Positions 1-9,631 of a DNA stretch of 64,000 bases are shown piece by piece. The stretch spans positions 70,800 through 134,799 of the forward strand of contig JACPDA010000004.1 in NCBI GenBank assembly GCA_016184225.1. Direction: 5' to 3'. The first letter of the stretch is position 1, and each line of letters starts with the position of its first letter. The stretch is from Candidatus Daviesbacteria bacterium (lineage in GTDB: Bacteria; Patescibacteriota; Microgenomatia; Daviesbacterales; UBA10151). The notes under the pieces are model-generated. The model was not told the origin of the DNA. It made no database searches and worked only from the letters and a program-made list of their open reading frames with translations. The translations under genes were made by a program, and so were the position numbers.

Positions 1-57
1 GCTACAGTTCCAAATTTTGATTGCAAGACACCCGCTCTACCGTTGAGCTACGGGCCT
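1..57 (-). tRNA. tRNA-like 5' segment (acceptor strand AGGCCCG + canonical D-arm TAGCTCAACGGTAGAGC) running off the window edge; the downstream region does not fold as a normal anticodon arm
   Basis: The reverse complement of 30-57 gives GGCCCGTAGCTCAACGGTAGAGCGGG. The D-arm is identical to that of the intron-containing tRNA at 14.7-15.0 kb. The following 32 nt do not form a canonical anticodon/T arm. Confidence 0.3.
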
Positions 58-108
58 GTGATTGGAATTATAGCAAAATCGAGATTAGGATACTACGATA
101 TTAAGATA

Positions 109-486
109 TTAGGAGTTTTTAGATAATTCGCTGGTCTTGCGAATTAAACCACCAAGCAATAAATGAACTCTCTCGGTTTGCGGCCAGACTTTATCTAAGA
201 CAGATTGATTTATTAAACCCACTTTAAGCGCATCAAGTAATTCACTCTGGACTTCGCTAAGAGAACCCCTAGCATCATAATAGAATCGCAAACGATCCTT
301 ATAGTGAAACCTACTAAATCCTTCAGCTATATTAGCAGTAATAGAAACTACTGCTCTCCGAAGTTGCGAGGTTAAACCGTAAACTTCTGATTTCGGGAAT
401 CTATTAGTCAGCTTATAGACTAAATCAACCAACATGTGTGCTTCTTGCCAAGCATCCAAATCGCTGAATTTTGTAATCTTCCCCAT
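109..486 (-). CDS. four-helix-bundle protein (23S rRNA intervening-sequence protein family; Avd-like)
   Basis: 125 aa with the family-typical motifs ...FPKSEVYGLTSQLRRAVVSITANIAEGFSR...; two paralogs lie at 41439-41795 and 43064-43420. Confidence 0.7.
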   Translation of the reverse strand: MGKITKFSDLDAWQEAHMLVDLVYKLTNRFPKSEVYGLTSQLRRAVVSITANIAEGFSRFHYKDRLRFYYDARGSLSEVQSELLDALKVGLINQSVLDKVWPQTERVHLLLGGLIRKTSELSKNS

Positions 487-522
487 CTCGTAATATCCTT
501 ATATCCCAATATCCCCTATCTC

Positions 523-2868
523 TTACAATCTCGCTCTTGATGCTATGTCTCCTTCTACCTGAGTCACATCTTTGCCAAACTTAAGTCTCGACAGCTCCCT
601 GATAGCAGTACCTACTTGCGGGTTTAACATGGCCTTCCATTTTTTCATATCCTTGGTGGTATCCAGGGAAAACGGCACCACCGGTTCGCCGTTGACTATG
701 GTCTTAATATAAACATGCGGTGATTCAATGTTAACCAAATCTGCCTCGGTAAAAGTGGGTGAGAATTCATGCTGCAGGTAATTGGCATCTGTTACCCCCA
801 CCCGGAAAGCAACCAGTGTACCGACATTGCCAAATACGGCATTTTTTAAATCCTCCCCAATTTGTCCGATAAACTGATTAGCCACAATTAAGTTCAAGCG
901 GTATTTTCTGGCCTCAGATAAAATATCGGCAAAAGTATCGGTAGCAAAATTTTGAAACTCATCAACATACAAATAAAAATCCCGTCGAGATTCCATGGGG
1001 ATATCGGAGCGTGACATGGCGGCAGCTAAGATTTTTGGTACCAGGATAAGTCCTAAGAAATTGGAGTTTTCCTCCCCTATCCGGCCTTTAGATAAATTCA
1101 TAATTAGGATCTTGCCTTCATCCATAACTTTTCTAAGGTTAAAGGCAGACTTTGACTGGCCAATGATATTTCTCATCATCTTATTAGTTACAAAACGGCC
1201 GAATTTGGAAACAGTGTAGTCCAAAACTTCAGATTTGTGGAAATCCGTAGTTTGGGCGATTTGGTCTGTCCAATAACGCCTGACAACCGGGTCAGCAACT
1301 TTTGGTAGCAGTTCTTTGACAAAATCCGCATCAGTCATGATCCGGACCACTTCCACAAAAGTGGCTCCTGGATCGCTCATGGCAGTTAACATGGCATTTC
1401 TGACACCATGCTCAAATCTGGGACCGATAATTCCGGTTTTGTTGGGGTCAAACAGTTTATACATCAGGCCGATAATGGAAGCTACCACAAAGTGTTTCTG
1501 CTCCTCATTGTAGGCCTCCAGCATATTTAAGCCAAAAGGCCTGGCCATATCAGAGGGGTCAAAATAAATGACATCCTCGGCCCGGGAAGGCGGGATCAGC
1601 TGCAACATCTCCTCTGCCGCATCCCCGTGGGGATCTATAAAACATAAGCCCTTTCCGGCTAGCACATCCTGCAACATCAAGGTTTTTAAAAGCTCAGACT
1701 TACCAGTACCAGTCCGGCCGATGATATACATATGCCTTCGCCTGTCATCCTCAGCCAGATAAACCGGTCTATCCACACCCCTAAATACAGATCTTCCTAA
1801 ATAGAGACCCGATGTGGGGATTTTTTCCGGGGCCGGAGCCCGTTTGGACGAAAGCCAGCTGATGTAAGGGGTTTCTATGGATTTATTCGGAAAGTGGAAA
1901 ATAGACGCCAGCTCATCAGGAGTCAAGACCGGCACTTTCGAGTATTTCGGCATATACCGGTAAATAAAATCAGTCAAAAAACCCTTTTCCGAATAAATCT
2001 TGGCACCGGTAAACTGATTATAGGGGCCGGATAATTGTTCAAAACCAGCCTTGATATTTGCCAGGTGCGCCTTGGCAGATTCTTTAGAAGTACTGGAAAC
2101 GGCAATTCTAACCACCGCCTCAAAGCCTGACCTGGCCAGTTTCCCTTCAACTGCCTCCAACTCCTTAGCATCCGGAGGAGCTTTGGGATTTTTTTCATCC
2201 CCCGGCTCTTTTTGCTTTTTTAGCCATTTCTTCCCTGTCTCCTGCCAGTTGCCGGCTGCTGGGGAAATAATCAGCTGAATAGCTGCCCCTTCGTTAAACT
2301 GCATCTTAGCCAAGGCTGAAGTCATGGCAGAAAGAGGATCTGTTGGCAAATCACGGAAGGTTTTAATTGGGAAATGGTCAGCCTGCTTTAATTTAAGCTG
2401 GGCATAGGCCGTTTCACCGGTTTCGGAAAAGATATTATATTCAGATACTTCTTTGATTTCAGCATCCGGGTAGGCGCCGTGAATTTGTTTTTCGATCAAA
2501 TCCTGATGGGATTTATGGACTGAGACGAAAAATCTGATTGACTCATGCAAAGCTACAATCTCAAAAGATAAATGCGGCTGCGGCGTAAACACCCCAAACA
2601 ACCCACCTGATTTTCGAAGTGAAGCTAAAGTAGCAAACAATTGTTCGGCCACATCAATTTTAATCTCGTTACCCCGGGGCACTTTTATTTGCAAAAGCAC
2701 ATATTGCAAGGAAAGTTTTTCCCTATCCCGGTATTTAATCCAGCCTATGAAATATTTTTTTAACAGAAAAAATAAGCCCACCAGTACCCCGAGAGCCGCC
2801 AAAACTCCAATGATGGCTACAATCAGGCTATCAAAATTTGTTCCTGTAGTAGTTTGTGTAACTTCCAT
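523..2868 (-). CDS. membrane-anchored FtsK/HerA-superfamily ATPase, VirD4/TraG/TcpA-like type IV coupling protein
   Basis: N-terminal TM segment; Walker A GRTGTGKSE; Walker B LYVDEFQNF; arginine-finger/sensor block ARKYRLNLIVANQFIGQI. Confidence 0.5.
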   Translation of the reverse strand: MEVTQTTTGTNFDSLIVAIIGVLAALGVLVGLFFLLKKYFIGWIKYRDREKLSLQYVLLQIKVPRGNEIKIDVAEQLFATLASLRKSGGLFGVFTPQPHLSFEIVALHESIRFFVSVHKSHQDLIEKQIHGAYPDAEIKEVSEYNIFSETGETAYAQLKLKQADHFPIKTFRDLPTDPLSAMTSALAKMQFNEGAAIQLIISPAAGNWQETGKKWLKKQKEPGDEKNPKAPPDAKELEAVEGKLARSGFEAVVRIAVSSTSKESAKAHLANIKAGFEQLSGPYNQFTGAKIYSEKGFLTDFIYRYMPKYSKVPVLTPDELASIFHFPNKSIETPYISWLSSKRAPAPEKIPTSGLYLGRSVFRGVDRPVYLAEDDRRRHMYIIGRTGTGKSELLKTLMLQDVLAGKGLCFIDPHGDAAEEMLQLIPPSRAEDVIYFDPSDMARPFGLNMLEAYNEEQKHFVVASIIGLMYKLFDPNKTGIIGPRFEHGVRNAMLTAMSDPGATFVEVVRIMTDADFVKELLPKVADPVVRRYWTDQIAQTTDFHKSEVLDYTVSKFGRFVTNKMMRNIIGQSKSAFNLRKVMDEGKILIMNLSKGRIGEENSNFLGLILVPKILAAAMSRSDIPMESRRDFYLYVDEFQNFATDTFADILSEARKYRLNLIVANQFIGQIGEDLKNAVFGNVGTLVAFRVGVTDANYLQHEFSPTFTEADLVNIESPHVYIKTIVNGEPVVPFSLDTTKDMKKWKAMLNPQVGTAIRELSRLKFGKDVTQVEGDIASRARL

Positions 2869-2873
2869 AATTT

Positions 2874-3254
2874 TTAGGCTGCTTTTCTAAATAGCCTCCC
2901 TTTTAGCATTGAAATTGGTGTTCTTCCTTGTGCAGTTCGAATGTGAGTTGTGTCATTGGTGCCGCCAAACACTTCCTGAATCGTGCTTCCTACTGTATGA
3001 GTAACATCTGCCAATTTAATATCTGGTTCTGCGCCTACCCTTTCGGCTCTAGCCTGCTTTAAGGCTTGGCTGTCTGGGATGGGTTGGGTAGCATGGGGAG
3101 TTGCTTCATTTGTTGTGAAAGAAGGACCTATTTTCTTCTGGACATGTTGCACCACACGCTCTCTCCATTTTCTTTCCTGCGTCGGCAGATGCACAATCTT
3201 AGCGTTTTCTCCAGTTGGTATGCTTTGAATTTCTGTGGGAGCAGGTCCTGCCAT
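2874..3254 (-). CDS. hypothetical protein
   Basis: 126-aa ORF directly upstream of the VirD4-like gene on the same strand; no recognisable motifs. Confidence 0.3.
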   Translation of the reverse strand: MAGPAPTEIQSIPTGENAKIVHLPTQERKWRERVVQHVQKKIGPSFTTNEATPHATQPIPDSQALKQARAERVGAEPDIKLADVTHTVGSTIQEVFGGTNDTTHIRTAQGRTPISMLKGRLFRKAA

Positions 3255-3277
3255 AACAGTATTATCTCACATTCTGA

Positions 3278-3640
3278 CTACCGGACAAATATCACCTTAC
3301 CGATAATCTCCGACTGATCAATCAGACCGAAGTTCCTGCTGTCAGTACTATACCTTGCATTATCACCTATCAAATATACTTTATTACCCTCCACTTTCTG
3401 AATTCTTTTGACTATTTCACTTTGCACTTTGAACTTTGCACTTTGCACTATTACCATATCCCCTTTTTTTGGTTTGGAAAAAATATATGCCCAGTTAAAA
3501 CACAACACGTCCTGACCGGATCTTAGGGTTGGAAACATACTGTTACCATGAATCGTAAATCTCTGAATAGGAAAAATATTCATCACCAGACTATTTCTTT
3601 GTCTGCTCAAAAACTTCTGCAATTTTATCCACCGCTTCAA
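3278..3640 (-). CDS. sodX: S26-family signal-peptidase-like protease, probable NiSOD maturation peptidase
   Basis: GNSMFPTL...GD.V...GDN..S.DSR motif set; overlaps and follows sodN in an operon. Confidence 0.55.
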   Translation of the reverse strand: MKRWIKLQKFLSRQRNSLVMNIFPIQRFTIHGNSMFPTLRSGQDVLCFNWAYIFSKPKKGDMVIVQSAKFKVQSEIVKRIQKVEGNKVYLIGDNARYSTDSRNFGLIDQSEIIGKVIFVR

Positions 3641-4034
3641 TTAACTCCGCTGCCTTACCTTCATCCACTGTCCTTTTATTTTCAGAACAAAGCTTAGTTA
3701 CCTTCCAGACTAAATCATGCAAATTAGGAAACTTTTCTAAATGTTCAGCCTTAAAATAATCTGTCCAAAGAATTAAAATTTCTCTTTTGCAAAGTTCGGC
3801 ATGATCCTCCTTCACTCTAGTGAGTCTGGAGATTTGAGAGATAATCTTTTTTCTTTCATCAAAAGGGGGCTCGGAGACGCTTGGTTGCAACTCATTTATG
3901 AGTGAAACCATCTTTAGCACTGTCTTGGCAGCCAGTTGTGCAGCGTGGGGATCATAAATCCCGCAAGGAATATCACAATGGGCCAAAACCACTCTGGTTG
4001 GCAGAAGCCTGATTACTAACTTCATTAAATCCAT
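3591..4034 (-). CDS. sodN: nickel superoxide dismutase precursor
   Basis: N-terminal leader followed by the Ni-hook HCDIPCGIYDP (canonical HCDLPCGVYDP); size about 147 aa. Confidence 0.8.
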   Translation of the reverse strand: MDLMKLVIRLLPTRVVLAHCDIPCGIYDPHAAQLAAKTVLKMVSLINELQPSVSEPPFDERKKIISQISRLTRVKEDHAELCKREILILWTDYFKAEHLEKFPNLHDLVWKVTKLCSENKRTVDEGKAAELIEAVDKIAEVFEQTKK

Positions 4035-4049
4035 AAATCAATTATACAC

Positions 4050-5069
4050 TCACCCGCCGTTACCTTCTGTAGGCAATTTCATTGCTTCCAAGTACTCCTC
4101 GATATCAAAAGCTGCTTTACATCCCGCCCCGGCCGCTGTAACTGCCTGTCTATATCTATAATCTGCCAAATCACCTGCTATAAAAACCCCGGGAATTTTT
4201 GTCCGGGTTTCACCCTCAACAACTACATAACCTTTTTCATTTAGTTCCAGTTGTTCTTTTAAAAAATCCGTATTAGGCTTGTGGCCTATCGCCACAAAGA
4301 GTCCGTCAATTGGGAGTTCGCTAATCTGTCCGGTTTGAGTATTCTTTAACTTCACTCCGGTTACTTTTTCCTGTCCCAACACTTCTACTACCTCAGTATT
4401 CCAGACAAATTCCACATTTGGTTTTGTCTTCACCAACTCCGCCAAAACCGGTTGGGCTCTTAAAACATCTCTCCTGTGAATAATGATGACTTTTTGGCAG
4501 AGTTTAGCAAGATAATTCGCCTCCCTCATAGCAGTATCCCCTCCTCCCACTACTGCCACTACCTTACCTTTAAAGAAAAAGCCGTCACAAACAGCACAGG
4601 CAGATACACCTTTACCACGTAGTCTTTGTTCGGAATCCAATCCAAGCCACATGGCTGAAGCTCCGGTAGCGATAATCAAGCTGTCAGCTGTCAGTCGTCG
4701 GCTTTCAGACTGAATCACAAAAGGTTTAGCCTTTAAATCTACCGAGACAACATCCTCATTAATAAACCTGGTATTAAACCGTTCGGCTTGTTTTCGCATC
4801 TTGGCCATCAACTCCGGACCCTGGATGCCCTCTTCAAAACCCGGAAAGTCATCCACATCAGTAGTCAGCGTCAGTTGCCCGCCTGCTTCTCTACCGGCAA
4901 TAACTAGTGGATTTAAATTCCCACGGGCAGCGTAAATAGCAGCTGTTAAGCCTGCCGGACCAGAACCCACGATGATTAATTTCTCAACTTCAGCCTGAGA
5001 TCTGTTCATTATATGTATTTTAACAGATGGTTTAATCTTCCGGTTTATCAGCACCACTTCGTCTATCAC
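4050..5069 (-). CDS. trxB: thioredoxin-disulfide reductase
   Basis: FAD motif IIVGSGPAGLTAA; redox-active CAVCDG; NADPH motif VVGGGDTA; FIAGD. Confidence 0.85.
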   Translation of the reverse strand: MIDEVVLINRKIKPSVKIHIMNRSQAEVEKLIIVGSGPAGLTAAIYAARGNLNPLVIAGREAGGQLTLTTDVDDFPGFEEGIQGPELMAKMRKQAERFNTRFINEDVVSVDLKAKPFVIQSESRRLTADSLIIATGASAMWLGLDSEQRLRGKGVSACAVCDGFFFKGKVVAVVGGGDTAMREANYLAKLCQKVIIIHRRDVLRAQPVLAELVKTKPNVEFVWNTEVVEVLGQEKVTGVKLKNTQTGQISELPIDGLFVAIGHKPNTDFLKEQLELNEKGYVVVEGETRTKIPGVFIAGDLADYRYRQAVTAAGAGCKAAFDIEEYLEAMKLPTEGNGG

Positions 5070-5340
5070 TCCCAGTTGGACTTGAGGTAGGACTCGAAGT
5101 TGGACGCGGTGAGGCGGTCCGTTGCACTGCTCCCCTTGTTGCTTCCTTGCCCGAAGGTGTAGCAGATGGACTGGCTGTTGAAGTTACTTCCGGTGTTGGT
5201 GTAACCTCCTGCACTTGCTCCTCTAGCTGAGGAGAAACAGTCGGAGCAACCCTACTTCGAAGCCATACCAAATATCCGGCGATAACCACTAACACCAGTA
5301 AAACTACTACAATTGAAACATTTCTATTCATTCTCTTCAC
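5032..5340 (-). CDS. hypothetical membrane-anchored Pro/Ser/Thr-rich protein
   Basis: N-terminal TM helix followed by a low-complexity PTS-rich tail. Confidence 0.3.
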   Translation of the reverse strand: MKRMNRNVSIVVVLLVLVVIAGYLVWLRSRVAPTVSPQLEEQVQEVTPTPEVTSTASPSATPSGKEATRGAVQRTASPRPTSSPTSSPTGSDRRSGADKPED

Positions 5341-5364
5341 CTCCCCCCGGGCATTTTCCGTATC

Positions 5365-6009
5365 TTAAACCTTTTTCACTCTTAAAATCAATATAGAAGC
5401 AAAAAGGCCTGTTGAAAGTCCCAGCAGTCCCCCGCCCAATACATCCGACAACCAATGCTCACCCAAATAAACCCTGGTTATACCCATCAATACAGCTAGC
5501 AAGATTAGGGAACAAACCATAAAAAACCGGAGGGGAATGTTCCTTGAAGAAAAAACGGCCAGGAGAACAAAAATAGTGATAATGAAAATTGTCCTGGTCA
5601 TATGGCCTGATGGATAAGAAAAATCAGTGTGGATGTAAAAAGAAGGCAGTGAAGTAGGCAGGAGGCTACGGTGGAAAAAGACCGGCGGGCCGGGATGGAA
5701 AAGAACCAGCTTTCCGAAAACTTCTGCCAGGGATGCCGGAACAATCACCAACCAGCCCGGTATTGCCAGCCAGTGCCTTCTGAGAAACGACAGAAAAGCC
5801 AATGCCGCACAAAAGCCTACTGTTACCTCGGCTGAACCCAACAAGCTAAAATAGGAAAAGATGCCGTCAAAACGGCGCGAAATATGGTCTTGCAGTTTAA
5901 CCGTGGTGTCGAAATCAATCTGCTGCCATCTTTCTTTTGCCACCGTATATGAAAAGTAGGTAAAAAGGCCAACGGAAGAGATTGCGAGCAGAAATAATTT
6001 AGTTTTCAT
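5365..6009 (-). CDS. PAP2-family membrane phosphatase (BcrC/PgpB-like)
   Basis: multi-TM protein; PSGH motif (FSYPSGH); HWLSDVLGG block. Confidence 0.6.
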   Translation of the reverse strand: MKTKLFLLAISSVGLFTYFSYTVAKERWQQIDFDTTVKLQDHISRRFDGIFSYFSLLGSAEVTVGFCAALAFLSFLRRHWLAIPGWLVIVPASLAEVFGKLVLFHPGPPVFFHRSLLPTSLPSFYIHTDFSYPSGHMTRTIFIITIFVLLAVFSSRNIPLRFFMVCSLILLAVLMGITRVYLGEHWLSDVLGGGLLGLSTGLFASILILRVKKV

Positions 6010-6479
6010 TAATTGTTTAAAATTCTACTGGTGGAATGATTACCTATGACCTTTGTCACATAACGTAGTTTAGCCCCGCTTAGCTTAGCTGTACGCTTTT
6101 GGTGGTTCTTGTTTGCATAACCTGCTGTTAGCGCAATGGTATCAGGTCTAAATTTCTGTACTAGTTTATCATACAAGGTTTCCGACTCCATAAAAGGCAA
6201 CATCACAACGAGATCTACAAATTCCAGGGCTGATAAAACTTTAGCTCTCATCGGCTGAGAGTGGACCGGGCGGTTAGCTCCTTTTAATCTTTTGACCTTT
6301 TTATCGCTTTCTAATAAGACTACTAAATAGTCCCCTTCTGCCTTGGCTTTTTCCAAAAAAATCACATGCCCTGGGTGTAAAATATCAAAACAGCCTCCCA
6401 CCAATACAATCTTCTTGCCCTGAATTTTCAAATCTTTAACAATGCCTGTCGATTCCCTAATTGACACAATTTTTCCCAT
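6009..6479 (-). CDS. cytidylyltransferase-family nucleotidyltransferase (TagD / RfaE domain II-like)
   Basis: HxGH motif in GGCFDILHPGHVIFLEKAKAEGDYLVV. Confidence 0.55.
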   Translation of the reverse strand: MGKIVSIRESTGIVKDLKIQGKKIVLVGGCFDILHPGHVIFLEKAKAEGDYLVVLLESDKKVKRLKGANRPVHSQPMRAKVLSALEFVDLVVMLPFMESETLYDKLVQKFRPDTIALTAGYANKNHQKRTAKLSGAKLRYVTKVIGNHSTSRILNN

Positions 6480-6732
6480 CTTTCAAGTATACCAGGCTCA
6501 CCTGAATTCAAGCAAATAGGACTACTCATTCCTGCTCTTTTCCATGACCATAAGAGTCTCATTGAGGAGAATTTTGACCATGTATCAGCTGGTCCTTTTG
6601 AAAGAGCTGCAGGAGTTCCGGGTGATAGACCTATTATTGTCTGTGGAGCATATGATGCTGTTTGATGCTTATATTTCTAAAGAAGGGACTCTACCATTTA
6701 CTCCCAACCAACCAGCATTCAAACAAAAATGA

Positions 6733-7224
6733 CTACAATTCTGAAGCTAATTTGAAGCCTTTACTTTTATAGAACTTATCAAAGCTAAAAATAGCATCAG
6801 CTTTATATTCTTCTGCCACTGCTGCAACCACGCAATCAAATAAAGTATTTTTCTTACTAGAATTAGGGCTAAAATATTTTTGGGCATTAGTTAGAGTTTG
6901 TTTATTTACCTCCACCACCTGAACAGCTGGGTTAATCATTAACTCGGCAGTACCATAAGCAGTTGCTCCACTATTTAAGGCTCTTTGAATATGAGTAACA
7001 GCTTCAACAACTGCAGTCGCTGGATAAATTACATTGACTTGTGAATCAACCAATCCTTGGGCTATTTTAACCGCTTCATTATGATTTGAATCATCAGAGT
7101 TAGCTTGGGCAATGATTGCATCTGCATCCCCTACTACCAAATTATTTTTCATCCTTACTCCAATCCTTATCCCATAAATACTCATCCATTCTAGTAGAAG
7201 AATCTCTGGGACCTTTAACCCCAA
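6733..7224 (-). CDS. vapC: PIN-domain ribonuclease toxin (VapC-like); true start probably an internal Met (MKNNLVVGDAD...)
   Basis: acidic PIN residues and C-terminal ...DCVVAAVAEEYKADAIFSFD; preceded by a small RHH gene. Confidence 0.55.
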   Translation of the reverse strand: MGLKVPEILLLEWMSIYGIRIGVRMKNNLVVGDADAIIAQANSDDSNHNEAVKIAQGLVDSQVNVIYPATAVVEAVTHIQRALNSGATAYGTAELMINPAVQVVEVNKQTLTNAQKYFSPNSSKKNTLFDCVVAAVAEEYKADAIFSFDKFYKSKGFKLASEL

Positions 7225-7411
7225 ACTTCTTACCTAGTTCGGCTATTTTAAGCAATACCTCAGCAGAAGCAGTTCCTTGTTGTTGCACTGTACCAATACC
7301 AGTTTCTAGGGCTTGCCTGATAACTTCTGCTTTACTTCTGTTCTGAGTTTTTGCAGTATAATCAATTTTTTTATTTAAATGCTCTGGAATGTATAAATAA
7401 GTTTTTAGCAT
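7142..7411 (-). CDS. vapB: ribbon-helix-helix antitoxin (VapB/CopG-like)
   Basis: 89 aa; ...YIPEHLNKKIDYTAKTQNRSKAEVIRQALE; immediately upstream of the PIN gene. Confidence 0.5.
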   Translation of the reverse strand: MLKTYLYIPEHLNKKIDYTAKTQNRSKAEVIRQALETGIGTVQQQGTASAEVLLKIAELGKKFGVKGPRDSSTRMDEYLWDKDWSKDEK

Positions 7412-7526
7412 AAATCTATGCTAACATGTTGTATGATATGTTGTCAAGAGGTTATACTAAGACTTGTAGTGCTCTACTTAAGTTGGAGAGGCTAGGACTA
7501 GCCACATTGGAATCGGAAGAGTTGGA

Positions 7527-8621
7527 TCATGGCTGTGCAGGAATTCCTTCCTGGATCGGATGAGTTTCGGTTTTGGTTGAACCTCCTGATTTAGTTTCAA
7601 TACTGGGAGCCTTTGAAGGTATCGGAAGTGGGCGTTTTATGGTTGTTGGCGGTTCGTCATGGTGCACTATTACAGGACACCAGTCCCACCACCCTACGCC
7701 ATCGGTAAATTCTACCGAGTAAGGAATAGAATCGGGCTCATCGCGTCTTGGGCCATCAACTTTTTTTGATTTATAAGTAAAACTATTCCCATTTTGGGTT
7801 ATTTTCCTTCTATCATTGTCGGGCTTGACTAAAGTGCTCAAAGCAACCGATTTAATTTTTTGGGAAAGTGGGTCTGCTTTGATTGTAACCGTTTTTTCAT
7901 CGCCATGATTTAGAACCAAGGGATTCGGATCGCAATACGAGAAATAATCTTTTGGTGTTTCAGTTAGGTTCCAATCCTCAATCTCGCCGCTTAAAAATTC
8001 ACCGGTAGCGGTTTCATTCATTTGTTGATCTAAAGTTACTGCACCCCGAAACCAAATCTCTCTGGTATTTTTTCCAGCAGTAAATAGAACTTGGTAAAGG
8101 GCAATTTCTTCGGTTTGTTTGCTAACATCAACAGCAAAATTTTGTACTGCCCACTCAGTTCCGCATTCATCTTGGCCACCCCACCTGCCGTCCTTATTCC
8201 AATCTGCATACAAATTTAGATAGGCGGTGCCTGTCATTTTCCCCGGATTTTTAATATGCACAAAGAAGTAGGCGCTACTTTGCTTGCAAGAAGGTCCCAC
8301 AAGCTTCACCCCATCATCATTTTCATCCTTATCCACTTGTTTGGAATCTCTTTCAACAGTTACTGCTTGCCCAAGCCAGACCTCATCGGTTTTTTTAGTA
8401 CGGGCTCCATTGGAGCTAAGAAGAGAGGGGAAATTTTGTCCTTGGCTACCGTCAGGCGCATCTCCGAAGTCAAAGTCAGCCCCAACTACCTTGGGTTGTT
8501 TATCTGTAGAAAAATTTTGCTTATTTGCTATGTTTGCAGAGATAAAATACCCGACAAAACCTAAAACAAGAAGGCCTAAAACTCCAGCAACTAGTTTTTG
8601 ATTCATAACAAACTCCGTCAT
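7527..8621 (-). CDS. hypothetical secreted/membrane-anchored protein
   Basis: N-terminal hydrophobic segment; acidic repeat-poor body; no enzymatic motifs recognised. Confidence 0.4.
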   Translation of the reverse strand: MTEFVMNQKLVAGVLGLLVLGFVGYFISANIANKQNFSTDKQPKVVGADFDFGDAPDGSQGQNFPSLLSSNGARTKKTDEVWLGQAVTVERDSKQVDKDENDDGVKLVGPSCKQSSAYFFVHIKNPGKMTGTAYLNLYADWNKDGRWGGQDECGTEWAVQNFAVDVSKQTEEIALYQVLFTAGKNTREIWFRGAVTLDQQMNETATGEFLSGEIEDWNLTETPKDYFSYCDPNPLVLNHGDEKTVTIKADPLSQKIKSVALSTLVKPDNDRRKITQNGNSFTYKSKKVDGPRRDEPDSIPYSVEFTDGVGWWDWCPVIVHHDEPPTTIKRPLPIPSKAPSIETKSGGSTKTETHPIQEGIPAQP

Positions 8622-8682
8622 ACTACCACAACTGTTTTAAGTTGACAATTTGGCTCCACTTAAGTTGGAACACCACCATCAT

Positions 8683-9552
8683 TTAACCCCCAATTTTCCA
8701 TACTCCTTTTTCCCTAAAAGCCGGAATGGTCTGGCGTTTGGCAGCATTTAATATAACCGGAGCAGGTTTGTTTTGTTTAGCTGCAAATTCAGTAGCCTCA
8801 ATAATTTTGTTTCCCTTAAGATAGGCTATCCTTTTATGCAAGGACTCCATTAGAGCAAGGGTAATTACCTCCTCCATTGTTTTGGTTTTTCTGTCATCCC
8901 GATATTCCACAAAAGACCGGTAATAAACAGCTTTCTCTTTATCACGGATAATTACTCCAGGAAACCCCAATCTATATAGTTGATAATTTATAATCACTCT
9001 GCCGATTCTGCCGTTACCGTCATTAAAAGGGTGAATTGTCTCAAATTGCAAGTGAAATTTAGAAATCTTATCTACAAAATAAGCAATCTGATCACTTGAA
9101 TGTTCAATTAAAGCCTCCTCAAGCATCCGTTCTATATGCTCCGGAGCCGGAGCAATAAAAGTGCCCACCCGCACATACTCTCCCTTTTTTCGTAATCTGC
9201 CGGCAACACTGTCGTCAATATTTCCAATTAACATTTGATGAAGCAACAAAATAATCTCTTTAGAAAGTTCTTCTGAAGATTTACCCCGGATATATTCCAT
9301 TACCCGAGCCAGATTCTTAGCTTCAAATACTTCACGCAAACTGACATTTTTCGATACCTCCATCTCTAGAAGTATCTTCTCTGTTTCTTTTAAAGTAAGG
9401 GTGGAGTTTTCTATGGCATTGGAATTGTAAACACTTTCCGGGATTTCCACTTCATCAATAATTTTAAGCAAAGACTGCTTACCAAGCTTTAAACGGTCAT
9501 ACTCTTTTTTCAGAATTTCTATTCTCTTTTGAAGGTGGAGTGGCGTTGGCAT
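8683..9552 (-). CDS. Fic/Doc-family protein (AMPylase-type)
   Basis: canonical Fic motif HPFNDGNGRIGR. Confidence 0.85.
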   Translation of the reverse strand: MPTPLHLQKRIEILKKEYDRLKLGKQSLLKIIDEVEIPESVYNSNAIENSTLTLKETEKILLEMEVSKNVSLREVFEAKNLARVMEYIRGKSSEELSKEIILLLHQMLIGNIDDSVAGRLRKKGEYVRVGTFIAPAPEHIERMLEEALIEHSSDQIAYFVDKISKFHLQFETIHPFNDGNGRIGRVIINYQLYRLGFPGVIIRDKEKAVYYRSFVEYRDDRKTKTMEEVITLALMESLHKRIAYLKGNKIIEATEFAAKQNKPAPVILNAAKRQTIPAFREKGVWKIGG

Positions 9553-9631
9553 AACACGTGTATTATAGCAAATTCACGTTATTTTGTCAATTTACCGTGA
9601 ATTTAGTGCCATTTACACTATAAATTCACGG
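9553..9631 (-). promoter_or_regulatory. sigma-70-like promoter of Fic gene 1 with overlapping inverted-repeat operator
   Basis: Read on the minus strand: TTGACA (9585-9590), a 17-nt spacer, TATAAT (9562-9567), then ATG 9 nt downstream. There is a perfect 10-bp inverted repeat CCGTGAATTT(17 nt)AAATTCACGG at 9595-9631, and a third half-site ACGTGAATTT inside the spacer. Confidence 0.5.

Noticed and set aside
6544-6732. 62-aa plus-strand ORF in the 250-nt spacer upstream of the cytidylyltransferase gene
   Set aside because: No RBS and a low-complexity translation; more likely a promoter-containing intergenic region.
7467-8672. A 13-nt direct repeat (c.acttaagttgga) flanking the secreted-protein gene 7527-8621
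   Set aside because: Several exact 12-13-mers within 1.2 kb are expected by chance in 64 kb of AT-rich sequence, and there is no extended similarity.
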